Source of the DNA: a bacterium
Lineage (GTDB): Bacteria > UBA8248
Direction: 5' to 3'
DNA: 64,000 nt
Assembly (NCBI GenBank): GCA_965221165.1
Contig: CBDCRP010000002.1
Coordinates: 1,152,001-1,216,000 of the forward strand
Shown: positions 42,383 to 53,524 of the stretch, piece after piece
Position numbering within the stretch: the stretch's first letter is position 1
Layout of the letters: each line of letters starts with the position of its first letter
Notes under the pieces: generated by a model
What the model saw: only the letters and a program-made list of their open reading frames with translations
Database searches by the model: none
Told to the model about the DNA's origin: nothing
Program-made: the position numbers and the translations under genes

Positions 42383-42685
42383 TTATAGCTTCAGTAGATT
42401 GATTTCGTCCAAGTCGGTGGATTCGCGGTTGCGGTAAATCAGCACCACGATGGCCAGCCCGATTGCGGCCTCCGCCGCGGCCACCGCCATCACGAAAAAC
42501 ACGATCATCTGGCCCGCCATCGAATCCAGGAATCGGCCATAGGCCACGAACGCCAAATTCGCCCCGTTCATCATCAACTCGATGCACAAGATGACGACGA
42601 TGGCGTTTCTGCGCACCACGACGCCCACGACACCCAGGGAGAAGAGAACCGCGCTCAGAATCAGGTAATGCTCGAGCGGCGCCAC
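42383..42685 (-). CDS. nuoK: NADH-quinone oxidoreductase subunit K (complete operon)
   Basis: RRN...CIELMMN...[10 protein letters not shown]. Confidence 0.92.
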   Translation of the reverse strand: MAPLEHYLILSAVLFSLGVVGVVVRRNAIVVILCIELMMNGANLAFVAYGRFLDSMAGQMIVFFVMAVAAAEAAIGLAIVVLIYRNRESTDLDEINLLKL

Positions 42686-42697
42686 GTCCCATCCCTC

Positions 42698-43216
42698 CTA
42701 GCGGCTTCGCCTGCGCGCCAGCACCACGGCGCCGACGATGCCCACGAACAACAAGACGCCCATGGCCTGAAACGGCAGGACGTAATCCGTCAACAATAGA
42801 TTTCCGATTACCTGCGTGTTGCCCAGTTCGCTCACGCGCTCGGGCGGAAAACTCCCCTTCTTGCCCGTCATGAGGGAGGTGGAGAGGAATATCTTGAGCA
42901 GCACGCTGAAAACGGCGAGCCCCGCGATGGCGCCCAGCATCTTCTGGCCGGGCAGTCGCAACTCTCTTTTCTCCTCCCGGCCCAGGTTGATCAGCATCAC
43001 CACGAACAGGAAGAGCATCATGATCGCGCTGGCGTAGATGATCACCTGAACGATGGCGATGAACTGCGCGTGAAGCGAGAGATACAAACCCGCGAGACCC
43101 AGGAAGGTCAGTATCAGGGCGAGCACGCTGTAGAGCGGGCTGGGAAACGCGACGACGGCTATCGCGCCCACCGTCGTCACCACCGCCAGGAAATAAAAAA
43201 ACAGGGAACTGGCCAC
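42698..43216 (-). CDS. nuoJ: NADH-quinone oxidoreductase subunit J (complete operon)
   Basis: AQFIAIVQVIIYASAIMMLFLF; start set at GTG 43216, behind a GGAGG RBS. Confidence 0.9.
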   Translation of the reverse strand: MASSLFFYFLAVVTTVGAIAVVAFPSPLYSVLALILTFLGLAGLYLSLHAQFIAIVQVIIYASAIMMLFLFVVMLINLGREEKRELRLPGQKMLGAIAGLAVFSVLLKIFLSTSLMTGKKGSFPPERVSELGNTQVIGNLLLTDYVLPFQAMGVLLFVGIVGAVVLARRRSR

Positions 43217-43261
43217 TACCGCCCTTCCTCCAGCGGGCGGGCGCCCGCCTGAAATCAAACC

Positions 43262-43741
43262 CTAGACATACGTGAGCAGGTTTTTCTCGTCATAGCGGGC
43301 ATGAAGCTCCGGATAATCCTCTGTCCGCTCCACGAGTAAATCGCCCTTCTCGTAGAGGAACTTGCCGCGATCGTCCTGGCAGAATTCATACTCGTTGCCC
43401 AGCACGACCGCGCCGACCGGGCAGGCTTCTTCGCAGTATCCGCAAAAAATGCAGCGAAGCTCGTTGATCTCGTAAATGCTGGCGTAGCGCTCGCCCTTGG
43501 AGGTCGGCGCCTCGGGGTCGTTCTCTTCTGATTCCACATAAATGCAATCCACGGGACACGCCGCCGAGCAGAGCTTGCACCCCACGCAGCGCTCCAGACC
43601 GTCCTCCCAGCGCAGCAGCTTGTGGAGGCCTCGGTAGCCCACGGGCATCTCCTCTTTGATTTCGGGGTATTGCACGGTCACGCGGTTTTTGAAGGAATGC
43701 TTGAGCGTCAGCCACAATCCCCTGCAAATCTCGCCTAACAT
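43262..43741 (-). CDS. nuoI: NADH-quinone oxidoreductase subunit I
   Basis: Two ferredoxin motifs, CVGCKLCSAACP and CIFCGYCEEACP. Confidence 0.95.
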   Translation of the reverse strand: MLGEICRGLWLTLKHSFKNRVTVQYPEIKEEMPVGYRGLHKLLRWEDGLERCVGCKLCSAACPVDCIYVESEENDPEAPTSKGERYASIYEINELRCIFCGYCEEACPVGAVVLGNEYEFCQDDRGKFLYEKGDLLVERTEDYPELHARYDEKNLLTYV

Positions 43742-43768
43742 GAAACCTCCCCCCTTTCGAGCGGCCCG

Positions 43769-44749
43769 CTAGCCCAAGAAAACGACGGCGCCGGCCGTGA
43801 GCATCACGTTCAGGATGGAGAGGGGCAGAAGCACCTTCCATCCGAAACCCATCAGTTGGTCATAGCGCAGGCGTGGCGTGGAGGCGCGCAGCCACATGAA
43901 GAAGAACATGAACGCCAGCACCTTGATCAGGAACCACACGACGGGCGGCAGCAGCGGCCCGCGCCATCCGCCGAGGAAAAAAGTCGCTCCCACCGCCGAG
44001 AGCGTAATCATGCTGCAATACTCGGCGATGGAGTAAACCGCAAAGTGCATGCTGCTGTATTCGGTATGAAAACCGCCGGTGAGCTCGCTCTCGGCCTCGG
44101 GCAAATCGAACGGCGCCCGGTTCGTCTCCGCCAGCATGCAGATGACGAAGAGCAAAAATCCCAGGGGCTGCAAGACGATGTAGGGCATCCCGGCCTGGCC
44201 CTCGACGATCCCCTTGAGGCTCAAGGTGCCCGAGATCATGACAACGCCCAGAAGCGACATGCCGAGCGAGAGTTCGTAGCTGATCAACTGCGCAGCAGAG
44301 CGGAGTCCCCCGATGAGCGGATATTTGCTGTTAGACGCCCATGAGCCGAGCACGATGCCGTACACGCCGATGCCCCCCATGGCTAAGATGTACAGGATGC
44401 CGACGTTCACGTCGGCCAGGACCAGGTCCACCTTCTGGCCGAGCACGGTCACGGAATCGCCGAAGGGCACCACGGCGAAGGCGGCCAGCGCCGGAATGAG
44501 CGTTATGGCGGGCGCCAGAACGTAAATCACCTTGTCCGCCTGAGCGGGAATGATGGTTTCCTTGAACATGAGCTTGATCCCGTCGGCGATGGGCTGCAAA
44601 AGCCCCGACGGACCCACGCGGTTGGGGCCCACCCGCACCTGTATAAGCGCGAACACGCGCCGCTCCATCCAGGTCATGTAGGCGGCGAGCAGCAAAAGCC
44701 CGCCGAAGCCCACGAGCACTTTCCCCAGAATGATGAGCAAAGAAACCAT
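43769..44749 (-). CDS. nuoH: NADH-quinone oxidoreductase subunit H (complete operon)
   Basis: [31 protein letters not shown]. Confidence 0.93.
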   Translation of the reverse strand: MVSLLIILGKVLVGFGGLLLLAAYMTWMERRVFALIQVRVGPNRVGPSGLLQPIADGIKLMFKETIIPAQADKVIYVLAPAITLIPALAAFAVVPFGDSVTVLGQKVDLVLADVNVGILYILAMGGIGVYGIVLGSWASNSKYPLIGGLRSAAQLISYELSLGMSLLGVVMISGTLSLKGIVEGQAGMPYIVLQPLGFLLFVICMLAETNRAPFDLPEAESELTGGFHTEYSSMHFAVYSIAEYCSMITLSAVGATFFLGGWRGPLLPPVVWFLIKVLAFMFFFMWLRASTPRLRYDQLMGFGWKVLLPLSILNVMLTAGAVVFLG

Positions 44750-47347
44750 CTATGCTCCCACCTCTTGGGGTTTCTCCGCCTTGCGCACCTGAATCTCCAC
44801 GCCCTGGCGGCCCGGCGCGCCGCCTGTGTTGAGGGCCGAGCCCCCATGCGCGCGCAAATAACCCTCAGGCGCGAAGGCGACGCCCACGGGCGCGTTCTTA
44901 TCGACGTGCGCAGGGAGTTGAACGGCCTCGCCGCCCACTTCGAATTCCACGAGTTCGCCGTCCTGGACGCCCAGGCTCCCCGCATCGCTCGGCGAGAGGG
45001 CGAGCGCGGCTTCGGGCATGTCGGCGAGATGATAGGCCGATGCCGCATAAGCCCCCGAGAGCCACAAGACGGGCGTCAAGAACATCCTGAGTCCCGGCTC
45101 TTGGGCCTCTTTTTCTGAAATCTGCGCGATCTGGTAGGCGCGCCGCCCCTCTCTCCTCAGATGCAGACCCTCATCGGGCATCCGTCCGAAGGCATTCGCG
45201 TAATCGCTAATCAGCGAGTGCGCCTCAATTCGAATCTTGTCCAGCGAGTTCGCCCGCATGGGCCGCTCCAACGCCTTGGCGATATCGGCGAAGGCCCGCC
45301 ACGCTTCGGGGACCATCTTGTCGATCATCGGCTTGAGCGCGCGCGGGAGAGCCTGCGCCCTGCGCTCCAGGTTCGTAACGCTGCCCGTTTCCTCATAAAG
45401 CGTCGGTGCGGGGATCACGACGTCGGCGTATTCCGCGCTGGCGTTTAAATGAGAAGTCTGCAGAACGACGAAATCGGCCTTCTCAAGCGCCCCGCGCGCC
45501 CGCGCGCCGTCTGGATGCTCCGCCACCGGGTCGCAGTCCAGAATATAAAGGCCTTTCAGTTCACCGCTTACGAGTCCATCGAGTATGCCGTTCGTATCTT
45601 TGCCGACTTGCGCGCTAAGCGGCTTTCCCCAGGCTTCCTCGCAGGCGGCGCGCACATCTTCATCCGACAAATCGCCGCCGGGCAGCGTCTCCGGGTGCAG
45701 ACCCATATCGATTGCGCCCTGCAAGTTCGGCGCGCTGGTGGCGAAGAGCATGTTGGCGCGGAGCAATAGTCCCAGGTTGATCGCCTCGGAAACGGCGACC
45801 TTCCCCGTCTCCCCCGGACCGGAGAGTATGCTCACGCCGCCATCGGCCACCAGGATCGCCCGGGCGGCGGCTATGAGATCATCGGGCGACACGTCCGCCT
45901 CTTCACACAGGCGGCTCAAGTCCACGGAATCGAGGAGCGCGGCGTAGTCTTCCACGTTCTCTCCTTCGGGTTTAGCGCCGCCGTCCACGAGGTATGTCGC
46001 CAGCGCGCGCAACGTCCGCGAGATGCCTCCCAGAACCGGCATCAGATGATGCACCCGGCCCTGAACGCGCAGGTCGATGCGCCTTTGGTTCACGTTGATG
46101 ATGACCGCGCGCGCCCGGTGCGCCTTTCTGATCTGAAGCGCGAGAATGGGATGCTGTCTGAACGGGTCGCTCCCCACGATGATGACGGCCTTCGAGCGGC
46201 CCAGTTCTTCGATGGAGCCCGCGCCGCCCACGCCGCCGAAAGCGGCGCTTTGTAAGTCCGTTTGCACGATGTCGCGCGTGTGAATCCGGCTGTCCAGGTG
46301 ATTGGTTCCCAGAACCGAGCGCATGAAGGCGCCGAACTGATACGCGGTTTCGTTCGTGGACGAAGCCCCGCCCAGACCGGCGATTGCGCCGCCGTCCGAC
46401 TGTTCCATAACAGCGCCGAAGCCTCTCGCCGCCTCGCCGATGGCTTCCGCCCAGCCGACGGGCGTCAGTTCGCCGTCTTTTCTGATCATCGGCTGGGTGA
46501 TCCGCCCTTCGCCGTGCGCCCCACTCCAACCGTAGCGCGCGACGTCGCAAATCCACGTGTCGTTCACTCTTTCGTTCTCCGCCGCCGTAACGCGCTTTAT
46601 CTCGCCATCTTTCGTCCAGACGCCCTGGCGGCAGCCCACGCTGCACAGGGTGCAGGGACCCTGGGTTTCCTGCATCTCCCACACGCGCGCGGTAAAACGG
46701 TATTTGTTGTCCGTGAGCGCGCCGACGGGGCAGATGTCGATGACGTTGCCCGAGACGACGCTCGTCAGGGGCAGGTCCTCATAAACGCCCACCTCGGTGC
46801 GGTCGCCCCGCTGCGCCCAGCCGAACTCCGCTCCGCCGTCTATCTCCTCGGTGAAGCGGATACACCGGGTGCAGTGCACGCAGCGGTTCATCTCGGGCTT
46901 GATGAAGGCGCTGATCTCCTTGTTTTCATAAATGCGCCTGAACTCGTGCGTCCTGCTGATCGCCTTGCCGTAGGCCATGGTCTGATCCTGTAAGGGGCAT
47001 TCACCGCCCTGATCGCATACCGGACAATCGAGCGGGTGGTTCTTGAGCAGGAATTCGAACACCCCCTCTTGCGCCTCGATGACGCGCGGGGTCACGGAAC
47101 TAATCACCATGCCCTCGGCCGCATACGTGGCGCAGGAGGGCTGGAGTTTGGGTATCGGCCGGCCGTTGCCGGCGTCTAGCACTTCCACGAGACAGGCCCG
47201 GCACTGGCCCACGATGGAGAGGTTCTTGTGGTAGCAAAAATGCGGAACGTGCGCGCCCATGCGGAGCGCGGCCTCCAGGACGGGCAGACCCTTGTCCATC
47301 GTAATGCTCTGATCGTTGAATACGAAGGTTACCTGCTCATTCGACAT
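44750..47347 (-). CDS. nuoG: NADH-quinone oxidoreductase subunit G
   Basis: HFCYH..GQCRAC, HPLDCPVCDQGGEC, CVHCTRC..ICPVG, plus the N7-type CTLCSVGC..WICD. Confidence 0.94.
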   Translation of the reverse strand: MSNEQVTFVFNDQSITMDKGLPVLEAALRMGAHVPHFCYHKNLSIVGQCRACLVEVLDAGNGRPIPKLQPSCATYAAEGMVISSVTPRVIEAQEGVFEFLLKNHPLDCPVCDQGGECPLQDQTMAYGKAISRTHEFRRIYENKEISAFIKPEMNRCVHCTRCIRFTEEIDGGAEFGWAQRGDRTEVGVYEDLPLTSVVSGNVIDICPVGALTDNKYRFTARVWEMQETQGPCTLCSVGCRQGVWTKDGEIKRVTAAENERVNDTWICDVARYGWSGAHGEGRITQPMIRKDGELTPVGWAEAIGEAARGFGAVMEQSDGGAIAGLGGASSTNETAYQFGAFMRSVLGTNHLDSRIHTRDIVQTDLQSAAFGGVGGAGSIEELGRSKAVIIVGSDPFRQHPILALQIRKAHRARAVIINVNQRRIDLRVQGRVHHLMPVLGGISRTLRALATYLVDGGAKPEGENVEDYAALLDSVDLSRLCEEADVSPDDLIAAARAILVADGGVSILSGPGETGKVAVSEAINLGLLLRANMLFATSAPNLQGAIDMGLHPETLPGGDLSDEDVRAACEEAWGKPLSAQVGKDTNGILDGLVSGELKGLYILDCDPVAEHPDGARARGALEKADFVVLQTSHLNASAEYADVVIPAPTLYEETGSVTNLERRAQALPRALKPMIDKMVPEAWRAFADIAKALERPMRANSLDKIRIEAHSLISDYANAFGRMPDEGLHLRREGRRAYQIAQISEKEAQEPGLRMFLTPVLWLSGAYAASAYHLADMPEAALALSPSDAGSLGVQDGELVEFEVGGEAVQLPAHVDKNAPVGVAFAPEGYLRAHGGSALNTGGAPGRQGVEIQVRKAEKPQEVGA

Positions 47348-47364
47348 CTATCGCCTCTCCCCCA

Positions 47365-48669
47365 TCACATCGCGGCGGGATACGGGCTGCCCAGCGGACA
47401 GCGGCCCAGAGAGATGTGCGCTTCGAATTCATCGTGAAATTTCGTCAAGAAAGCGCCAAACATCATGGCGCACGCATCCGAGAGCACGCAGATGGTGTTG
47501 CCCCGCATGTTGGGGTCTATCGACGCGAGCGTCTCCAAATCGTCGGGTACTCCCGCGCCCCGCTCCATTCGGGCGAGAATCTCGGACACCCAGCCGGTCC
47601 CCTCCCGGCAGACCGAGCATTGCCCGCAGGATTCGTGCTCGAAAAAGGCGGCGAGCCTGCCAGCGGCCTGCACCATGCACGTCGTCTCGTCCATGACGAT
47701 GACGCCGCCGCTGCCGCCCATGCTGCCCGCACGGGCGAGGGAGTCGAAATCCATCGTCACCTTGTCTTCATATACTTCCTTCGCGGTGAGGGCGGGCGCG
47801 CTCGCGCCGCCGGGAATCACCGCCTTGAGAGCAGCGCCGTTTCGCATGCCGCCGCAGTGTTCGTGAATCATCTCCTCGCACGTCAGGCCGAGCGGCAGTT
47901 CATAGAGGCCCGGCTTCGCCACGTGGCCCGAGACGCAGTACATGCGGGTGCCCGAGTTTTTCTCATCGATTCCGATGCCGGCGAACCACTCCGCCCCCTT
48001 GTTCACGATGTGGGGAAGATTCGCGAGGGTCTCCACGTTGTTGATGACCGTGGGCCGCGCATACAGACCGACCACCGCCGGAAACGGCGGCTTGAGGCGC
48101 GGATGCCCGCGCTTGCCCTCGAGCGATTCCAAAAGCCCGGTCTCCTCGCCGCAGATGTAGGCCCCCGCTCCCCGGTGGGTATAAATATCGCACGAAAAAC
48201 CGCTGCCCATGATGTTCTGGCCGACGTAGCCCTTCTCATAGGCTTCGGCCAGAGCCTTTTCCACCGCGCGCCAGGGGGCGACGAACTCGCCGCGAATGTA
48301 AATGTAGGCCTTTTCGATACCCACGGCGTAGCAAGTGATGAGGATGCCCTCGATGAGCTGGTGCGGGTCGCGCAGCATCAGTTCGCGATCCTTGAACGTA
48401 CCGGGCTCACCCTCGTCCGCGTTGACAGCCAGATATTTCGGCCCGTCCACCTGGGGCACGAAACTCCACTTGAGCCCGCACGGGAATCCCGCGCCGCCGC
48501 GCCCGCGCAGGCCCGAGGCCTTCACGAGTTCGATGACGTCTGCGGGTTCGACGCCTCCCAGGAGCTTCCGAATCGCCTCATAGCCGCCCGAGGCCTCATA
48601 GCCCGCGATATGCGGCGCATCGGGATTATCGAACCGGCCCATCACGATTTTTTCTAAAACCAACGCCAT
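47365..48669 (-). CDS. nuoF: NADH-quinone oxidoreductase subunit F
   Basis: GLRGRGGAGF, NADEGEPGTFKD, GAGAYICGEET, ESCGQC..CREG. Confidence 0.95.
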   Translation of the reverse strand: MALVLEKIVMGRFDNPDAPHIAGYEASGGYEAIRKLLGGVEPADVIELVKASGLRGRGGAGFPCGLKWSFVPQVDGPKYLAVNADEGEPGTFKDRELMLRDPHQLIEGILITCYAVGIEKAYIYIRGEFVAPWRAVEKALAEAYEKGYVGQNIMGSGFSCDIYTHRGAGAYICGEETGLLESLEGKRGHPRLKPPFPAVVGLYARPTVINNVETLANLPHIVNKGAEWFAGIGIDEKNSGTRMYCVSGHVAKPGLYELPLGLTCEEMIHEHCGGMRNGAALKAVIPGGASAPALTAKEVYEDKVTMDFDSLARAGSMGGSGGVIVMDETTCMVQAAGRLAAFFEHESCGQCSVCREGTGWVSEILARMERGAGVPDDLETLASIDPNMRGNTICVLSDACAMMFGAFLTKFHDEFEAHISLGRCPLGSPYPAAM

Positions 48670-48679
48670 CTTCAGACCC

Positions 48680-49279
48680 TCAGCCTTGGCCTTCGCCGTT
48701 TGGTTCTTCGGCGCCGGCCAGTGCGGGCGACGCCACCTCGTCCGCCCCGATGGGCGAGACGGACTCGCCCTTTTCCAGCGCGCTCAGGATATCGTTCATG
48801 ATCTCGGGCGTGACGCACTCGAAATAATCTTCGTTTACCTGCACGCAGGGAGCACCGCCGCAAGCGCCCAGGCATTCGACCGCCTCGATCGAGAATTTCC
48901 CGTCCGCGCGCGTGTGGCCGACGCGGCAATCCAGGCGGTTTTCAATCTCGCGCAACAGCCTGCCCGCCCCCATGAGGGCGCACGAGAGGTTATTGCACAC
49001 CTGAACGTGGTACTCCCCGATGGGCTGGGTCTTGAGCATGGTGTAGAAGCTCACCACGCCCCACACCTCCATGGGGGAGACCTCGAAAATCTCGGCCACG
49101 TGCTGCATCACCGCGCTGGTGATGAAGCCCGCCTGCTTCTGGGCCAGTTGAAGCGCGGGGATGAGCGCCGAGCGCTTCACCGGATATTTGGCGATGACGC
49201 GCTCGAGTTCCGCGCGGTTCTCGGGCGAGAAATCGAAGCGTTCTTCCTGCTCGGAATGGGGAAACCGTATCAACGCCAA
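48680..49279 (-). CDS. nuoE: NADH-quinone oxidoreductase subunit E
   Basis: VCNNLSC and ECLGAC 2Fe-2S ligands. Confidence 0.93.
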   Translation of the reverse strand: MALIRFPHSEQEERFDFSPENRAELERVIAKYPVKRSALIPALQLAQKQAGFITSAVMQHVAEIFEVSPMEVWGVVSFYTMLKTQPIGEYHVQVCNNLSCALMGAGRLLREIENRLDCRVGHTRADGKFSIEAVECLGACGGAPCVQVNEDYFECVTPEIMNDILSALEKGESVSPIGADEVASPALAGAEEPNGEGQG

Positions 49280-49303
49280 AACGAGGCCATCCTCTATTTC
49301 ACT

Positions 49304-50530
49304 CTAACGATCTATCTCGCCCAACACGATATCGATGCTGCCGATGGCGGCCACGACGTCGCCCATCAGCCCGCCCCGGGTGATCTCGGAGAGCGCGTGG
49401 AGATTCGCAAAGCTCGGCGCGCGCACTTTTACCTTATAAGGACTCGGGCTGCCATCGCTGATGATGTAATAACCAAGCTCCCCCCGGGGGGATTCGATGG
49501 CCTGGTACACCTCGCCCTCGGGCACGTTGTAGCCTTCGGTGAATATCTTGAAATGATGGATCAACGCCTCCATGTCGTGGGCCAACTGCTCCTTGGGCGG
49601 CGGCACCACCTTGGCGTTGTCCGCCATGAGGGGACCCTCGGGCATTCCCTCGAGTGCCTGAATGGCGATGCGCCGCGATTGGCGCATCTCGGCGATACGC
49701 ACCAGATACCTGTCCAGAATATCGCCCCGTTCTCCCACGGGAACCTCGAAGTCGAACTCCTCATATCCAGAGTAGGGCTCGTTCTTGCGTATGTCGTAGG
49801 GGACACCGCAGGCCCGGAGCAGCGGACCCGTAATGCCGAGGGCATAGGCCTGCTCGACCGTCATGGCACAAACACCCTGAGCACGCCGCCTGTAGATGGG
49901 GTTGTTCGTGAGAAGTTCCTCGTATTCGTCCACGCGATCGGAGAAGGGCTCCAGAAAATTCCGGCAATCCTCATAAAATGTCGGATAGGGTTCGCGCGCG
50001 ACGCCGCCCACCCGGAAATAGCTCGTCATCATGCGGACACCTGAGACTTTCTCGAAAATCTTGAGAAGTTGCTCGCGTTCTCTAAAGCAATACAGAAAGA
50101 CCGTCATCGCGCCCAGATCGAGCGCGTGGGTGCCGAGCCAGACGAGGTGGCTGTTCAGGCGCGTCATCTCCGCGAGCAGCACGCGCAGATATTTGCAGCG
50201 GCGGGGAACCTCCATATCCAGGAGCTTCTCGACGGTCAGAACGAAGCCTAAATTGTTCGACATCGGCGCCAGATAATCCATGCGGTCGGTCATGGGGAGG
50301 GCCTTGTTGTAGGTTTTCTCCTCCATGTTCTTCTCGATGCCGGTATGCAGGTAGCCGATGATGGGCTTGCACGAGAGCACCGTCTCGCCGTCTAGTTCGA
50401 GCACCACGCGCAGAACCCCGTGGGTGCTCGGGTGCTGCGGCCCCATGTTGAGCGTCATCGTCTCGGTCTGTATCGGACCGAGCATGTCGCTGTCGAGTGG
50501 GTCCGTGCGCTGCGCTTGCGTGGCCATCAA
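49304..50530 (-). CDS. nuoD: NADH-quinone oxidoreductase subunit D (complete operon)
   Basis: NMGPQHPSTHGVLR, DRMDY, MEALIHHFK, GEIDR. Confidence 0.94.
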   Translation of the reverse strand: MMATQAQRTDPLDSDMLGPIQTETMTLNMGPQHPSTHGVLRVVLELDGETVLSCKPIIGYLHTGIEKNMEEKTYNKALPMTDRMDYLAPMSNNLGFVLTVEKLLDMEVPRRCKYLRVLLAEMTRLNSHLVWLGTHALDLGAMTVFLYCFREREQLLKIFEKVSGVRMMTSYFRVGGVAREPYPTFYEDCRNFLEPFSDRVDEYEELLTNNPIYRRRAQGVCAMTVEQAYALGITGPLLRACGVPYDIRKNEPYSGYEEFDFEVPVGERGDILDRYLVRIAEMRQSRRIAIQALEGMPEGPLMADNAKVVPPPKEQLAHDMEALIHHFKIFTEGYNVPEGEVYQAIESPRGELGYYIISDGSPSPYKVKVRAPSFANLHALSEITRGGLMGDVVAAIGSIDIVLGEIDR

Positions 50531-50545
50531 TGGCTCCCGTGATCC

Positions 50546-51118
50546 TTATTCCGCCGCCTTGGGCTTGCCCGCGGGCGTATCCCTGAACGTAAACGCCACC
50601 GGCTCCGAAGATATATCGAAATCCTTGCGGTGGGGATGACCCTCGAACTCCTCGGGCGTGAGGATGCGCTCGAGATCGGGGTGTCCCTCAAAGGTGATTC
50701 CCAAAAGGTCGTACGCCTCGCTCTCATGGAGCCTCGCGCCCGGCCATATCCCGCAGACGCTGGGCATCGTCGGCTCGAGATCGTCCGCGCAGGGAGCTTC
50801 GATCCGCAAACGCCGCGATTTCTCGGGGTTCAGGAGCGAATAAGTCACCTTGAACCGGTAGGAAACCGGCAGTTCCAGACAATCCACCCCGCAGACGAAA
50901 CTCAGGAGCTTGTAACCTCTCTCATCGAGCAAGAATCGCGCCGCATCGAGCAAGGCGTCCGGCGCGATCTGGACGGATATCTGGCCACGATGCTCGCCCG
51001 CTCCGAGAAATCCCCCCCCGATTTTCGCCTGCAGCAAAACGAGGTCGGGGTCTTTTCTCTCGATCGGCTCCTCGGTCGGCTCTTCGACCTCCCCCTGCTC
51101 CCGCTCCTCTTCACTCAA
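50546..51118 (-). CDS. nuoC: NADH-quinone oxidoreductase subunit C (complete operon)
   Basis: ESEAYDLLGITFEGHPDLERIL, GHPHRKDF. Confidence 0.92.
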   Translation of the reverse strand: MSEEEREQGEVEEPTEEPIERKDPDLVLLQAKIGGGFLGAGEHRGQISVQIAPDALLDAARFLLDERGYKLLSFVCGVDCLELPVSYRFKVTYSLLNPEKSRRLRIEAPCADDLEPTMPSVCGIWPGARLHESEAYDLLGITFEGHPDLERILTPEEFEGHPHRKDFDISSEPVAFTFRDTPAGKPKAAE

Positions 51119-51230
51119 CGGCTTAACCCCTCATTACACAAAGGTTTGTTTCACTTCACGAAAAAGCGCTCACCCCGCCCCTGCGTCGACTATCACAACT
51201 CACATGGCGTGGGGAGCCTTCTCACATCAT

Positions 51231-51728
51231 CTAAAGCGAGGTGACGCCGGAATCCTCTCGGTAGAGCGTTTCATCCGCAATCTTCGCCTGCAGCTTCATG
51301 ATCCCGTCGATGAGCGTTTCGGGGCGCGGCGGGCAGCCCGGCACGTAGATGTCGACGGGCACGACCTCGTCCACACCCTGCACGAGCGCGTAATTGTTGA
51401 ATATCCCGCCCGTGGACGCGCACGCGCCCATGGAAATCACCCATTTCGGCTCGGGCATCTGATCGTAGATTTGCCGGAGCACGGGCGCCATCTTGCGCGA
51501 TACCCTGCCCGCCACGATCATCAAATCCGCCTGGCGCGGCGATGCGCGGAACACCTCGGCGCCGAAGCGCGAAATGTCGTATTTCGCCGCCGAAGTCGAC
51601 ATCATCTCGATGGCGCAGCAAGCCAGTCCGAAAAGCGCCGGCCACAGGCTGTTCTTACGCGCCCATTTGATGACGTCGGTCGCGCGGCCCAGGACCACCT
51701 GGCCTTCTAATTGTTGTTCTAGTCCCAT
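51231..51728 (-). CDS. nuoB: NADH-quinone oxidoreductase subunit B (complete operon)
   Basis: [21 protein letters not shown]. Confidence 0.94.
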   Translation of the reverse strand: MGLEQQLEGQVVLGRATDVIKWARKNSLWPALFGLACCAIEMMSTSAAKYDISRFGAEVFRASPRQADLMIVAGRVSRKMAPVLRQIYDQMPEPKWVISMGACASTGGIFNNYALVQGVDEVVPVDIYVPGCPPRPETLIDGIMKLQAKIADETLYREDSGVTSL

Positions 51729-52075
51729 TCAAGCGCTCCCCTGCGCCACTCGTATATCAGACTGGCCACCAGCAAAGCCATGAAAGGCAGAATCGCGAGA
51801 AACCCGTATACGCCCAGGCTTTTCAGGTTCACCGCCCACGGGTACAAGAAGATAGTTTCCACGTCGAAAACGATGAACAAAATCGCCACCAGAAAGAATT
51901 TTACGCTGAAACGCCCGCGCGCGTTCGATTGGGGCACGATGCCGCACTCATAGGCAAAGTCCTTCTCCACCGTGGACTTGCGCCTTCCCAATAGGAACGT
52001 CACGCCCAGGTTCACGATCGCGAACCCGACGGCCAGTGCTATCAGAATCAAAATGGGCAAATACTCTTCCGGCAT
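51719..52075 (-). CDS. nuoA: NADH-quinone oxidoreductase subunit A (complete operon)
   Basis: YECG, FDVE, RGALEW; start trimmed to ATG 52075. Confidence 0.92.
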   Translation of the reverse strand: MPEEYLPILILIALAVGFAIVNLGVTFLLGRRKSTVEKDFAYECGIVPQSNARGRFSVKFFLVAILFIVFDVETIFLYPWAVNLKSLGVYGFLAILPFMALLVASLIYEWRRGALEWD

Positions 52076-52381
52076 TTCCCGCCCCCACGGCGCTCGGACG
52101 CGCACTTTTCTCATGTCTCACAGGATATCTAACCGAGCGCATCTTACGGCTGGCATCCCGTGGTGTCAACAATTCGCCGCCCGGATGCGCCATAAACCGA
52201 AACCCGGCCCGGCTTCACCGGACCTATATTCCACATCGCCCCCTGCACTTGGATATTTTGGCGTTTTCTCGCCCTCGAAAATAGGGTATTTTGTATTGTC
52301 GCCATCTACCGCCCGGGAGAATGGCGCATCTGCACGAACACCCGAGGCGTCCTCCCGCGCGCGGGCATGAGGGTTTGAGCC

Positions 52382-53512
52382 ATGAACGAACCGAATCCAC
52401 TCACCAAGGCGCATCTCGACGCCTTGAGGCGCGATTTCGAGGAACTGGCCCAGCGGCAGGTGGGCTATCCCTGCAACCAGGATTACGACTACTCGGATTT
52501 GCTGCCCTTTCTGGAATACAGCCTCAACAACGTCGGCGATCCTTTTCACGACAGCAATTTCCGCAGCAACACCCATGAGATGGAGCGCGAGGTCATCGCC
52601 CGGTTCGCCTCTATGATGCGCCTGGAACAGGAGCAGGCCTGGGGCTACGTCACCTCCGGCGGAACCGAGGGCAACATGTACGGCATCTACATGGGGCGCG
52701 AACTCTTCCCGAACGGCATGGTCTATTTCTCGCAGGACACGCACTACAGCGTCCTCAAGATCCTGCGCGTGTTGAACGTGCGCAACATCATGATCAAGAG
52801 CAGCGAGAGCGGAGAAATCGACTACGAGGACCTCCACGAGACCATACGCATCCACCGCGATGCGCCGGTCATCTTCATGGCGAACATCGGCTCCACGATG
52901 AAAGGCGCCGTGGACGACGTGCAAATGGTGCGCGGCATCCTGGACGACCTGGCGGTCACGAACGCCTACATTCACGCGGACGCCGCCCTGAGCGGCATGA
53001 TTCTGCCCTTCGTCGAGGAGCCGCAGCCCTATGGCTTCGACGCGGGCTTCGACAGCGTCTCCATCAGCGGGCACAAGCTCATCGGCTGCCCGCTGCCTTG
53101 CGGCGTCGTACTGACGAAGCGCGACTATGTGGCGCGCATCGCACGCTCGATAGAATACGTGGGCGTACTCGACACCACACTGCCCGGCTCACGCAGCGGG
53201 CTGACGCCGCTCATGCTGTGGTATGCCTTCGAGCGCTATGGCCTTGACGGTTTTCGAGAACTCGTGGCGGAGATGCTGGCGATTGCCGCGTACGCGGTCG
53301 AATGCTTCAACGAGCGCGGCGTTCCCGCATGGCGTCACAAGAATTCGGTAACGGTCGTTTTTCCAAGACCCCCGGGCGAGGTTTTGCGCAAGTGGCAGAT
53401 CGCTCCGCTGGGGGACATCGCCCACATCATCACCATGCCGCACGTCACGCGCGAGATGATTAACGAGTTCGTCGACGACTGCGTGAAACTACAACACAGG
53501 CAAACAGCCTGA
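52382..53512 (+). CDS. PLP-dependent histidine decarboxylase-like enzyme (group II; HDC/serine decarboxylase clade)
   Basis: GYP.N..YDY, NNVGDP, WGYVT.GGTEGN, HADAALSG, SGHK (PLP Lys), CPLPCG, GSR motifs. Confidence 0.82.
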   Translation: MNEPNPLTKAHLDALRRDFEELAQRQVGYPCNQDYDYSDLLPFLEYSLNNVGDPFHDSNFRSNTHEMEREVIARFASMMRLEQEQAWGYVTSGGTEGNMYGIYMGRELFPNGMVYFSQDTHYSVLKILRVLNVRNIMIKSSESGEIDYEDLHETIRIHRDAPVIFMANIGSTMKGAVDDVQMVRGILDDLAVTNAYIHADAALSGMILPFVEEPQPYGFDAGFDSVSISGHKLIGCPLPCGVVLTKRDYVARIARSIEYVGVLDTTLPGSRSGLTPLMLWYAFERYGLDGFRELVAEMLAIAAYAVECFNERGVPAWRHKNSVTVVFPRPPGEVLRKWQIAPLGDIAHIITMPHVTREMINEFVDDCVKLQHRQTA

Positions 53513-53524
53513 GGAGGATTTTCG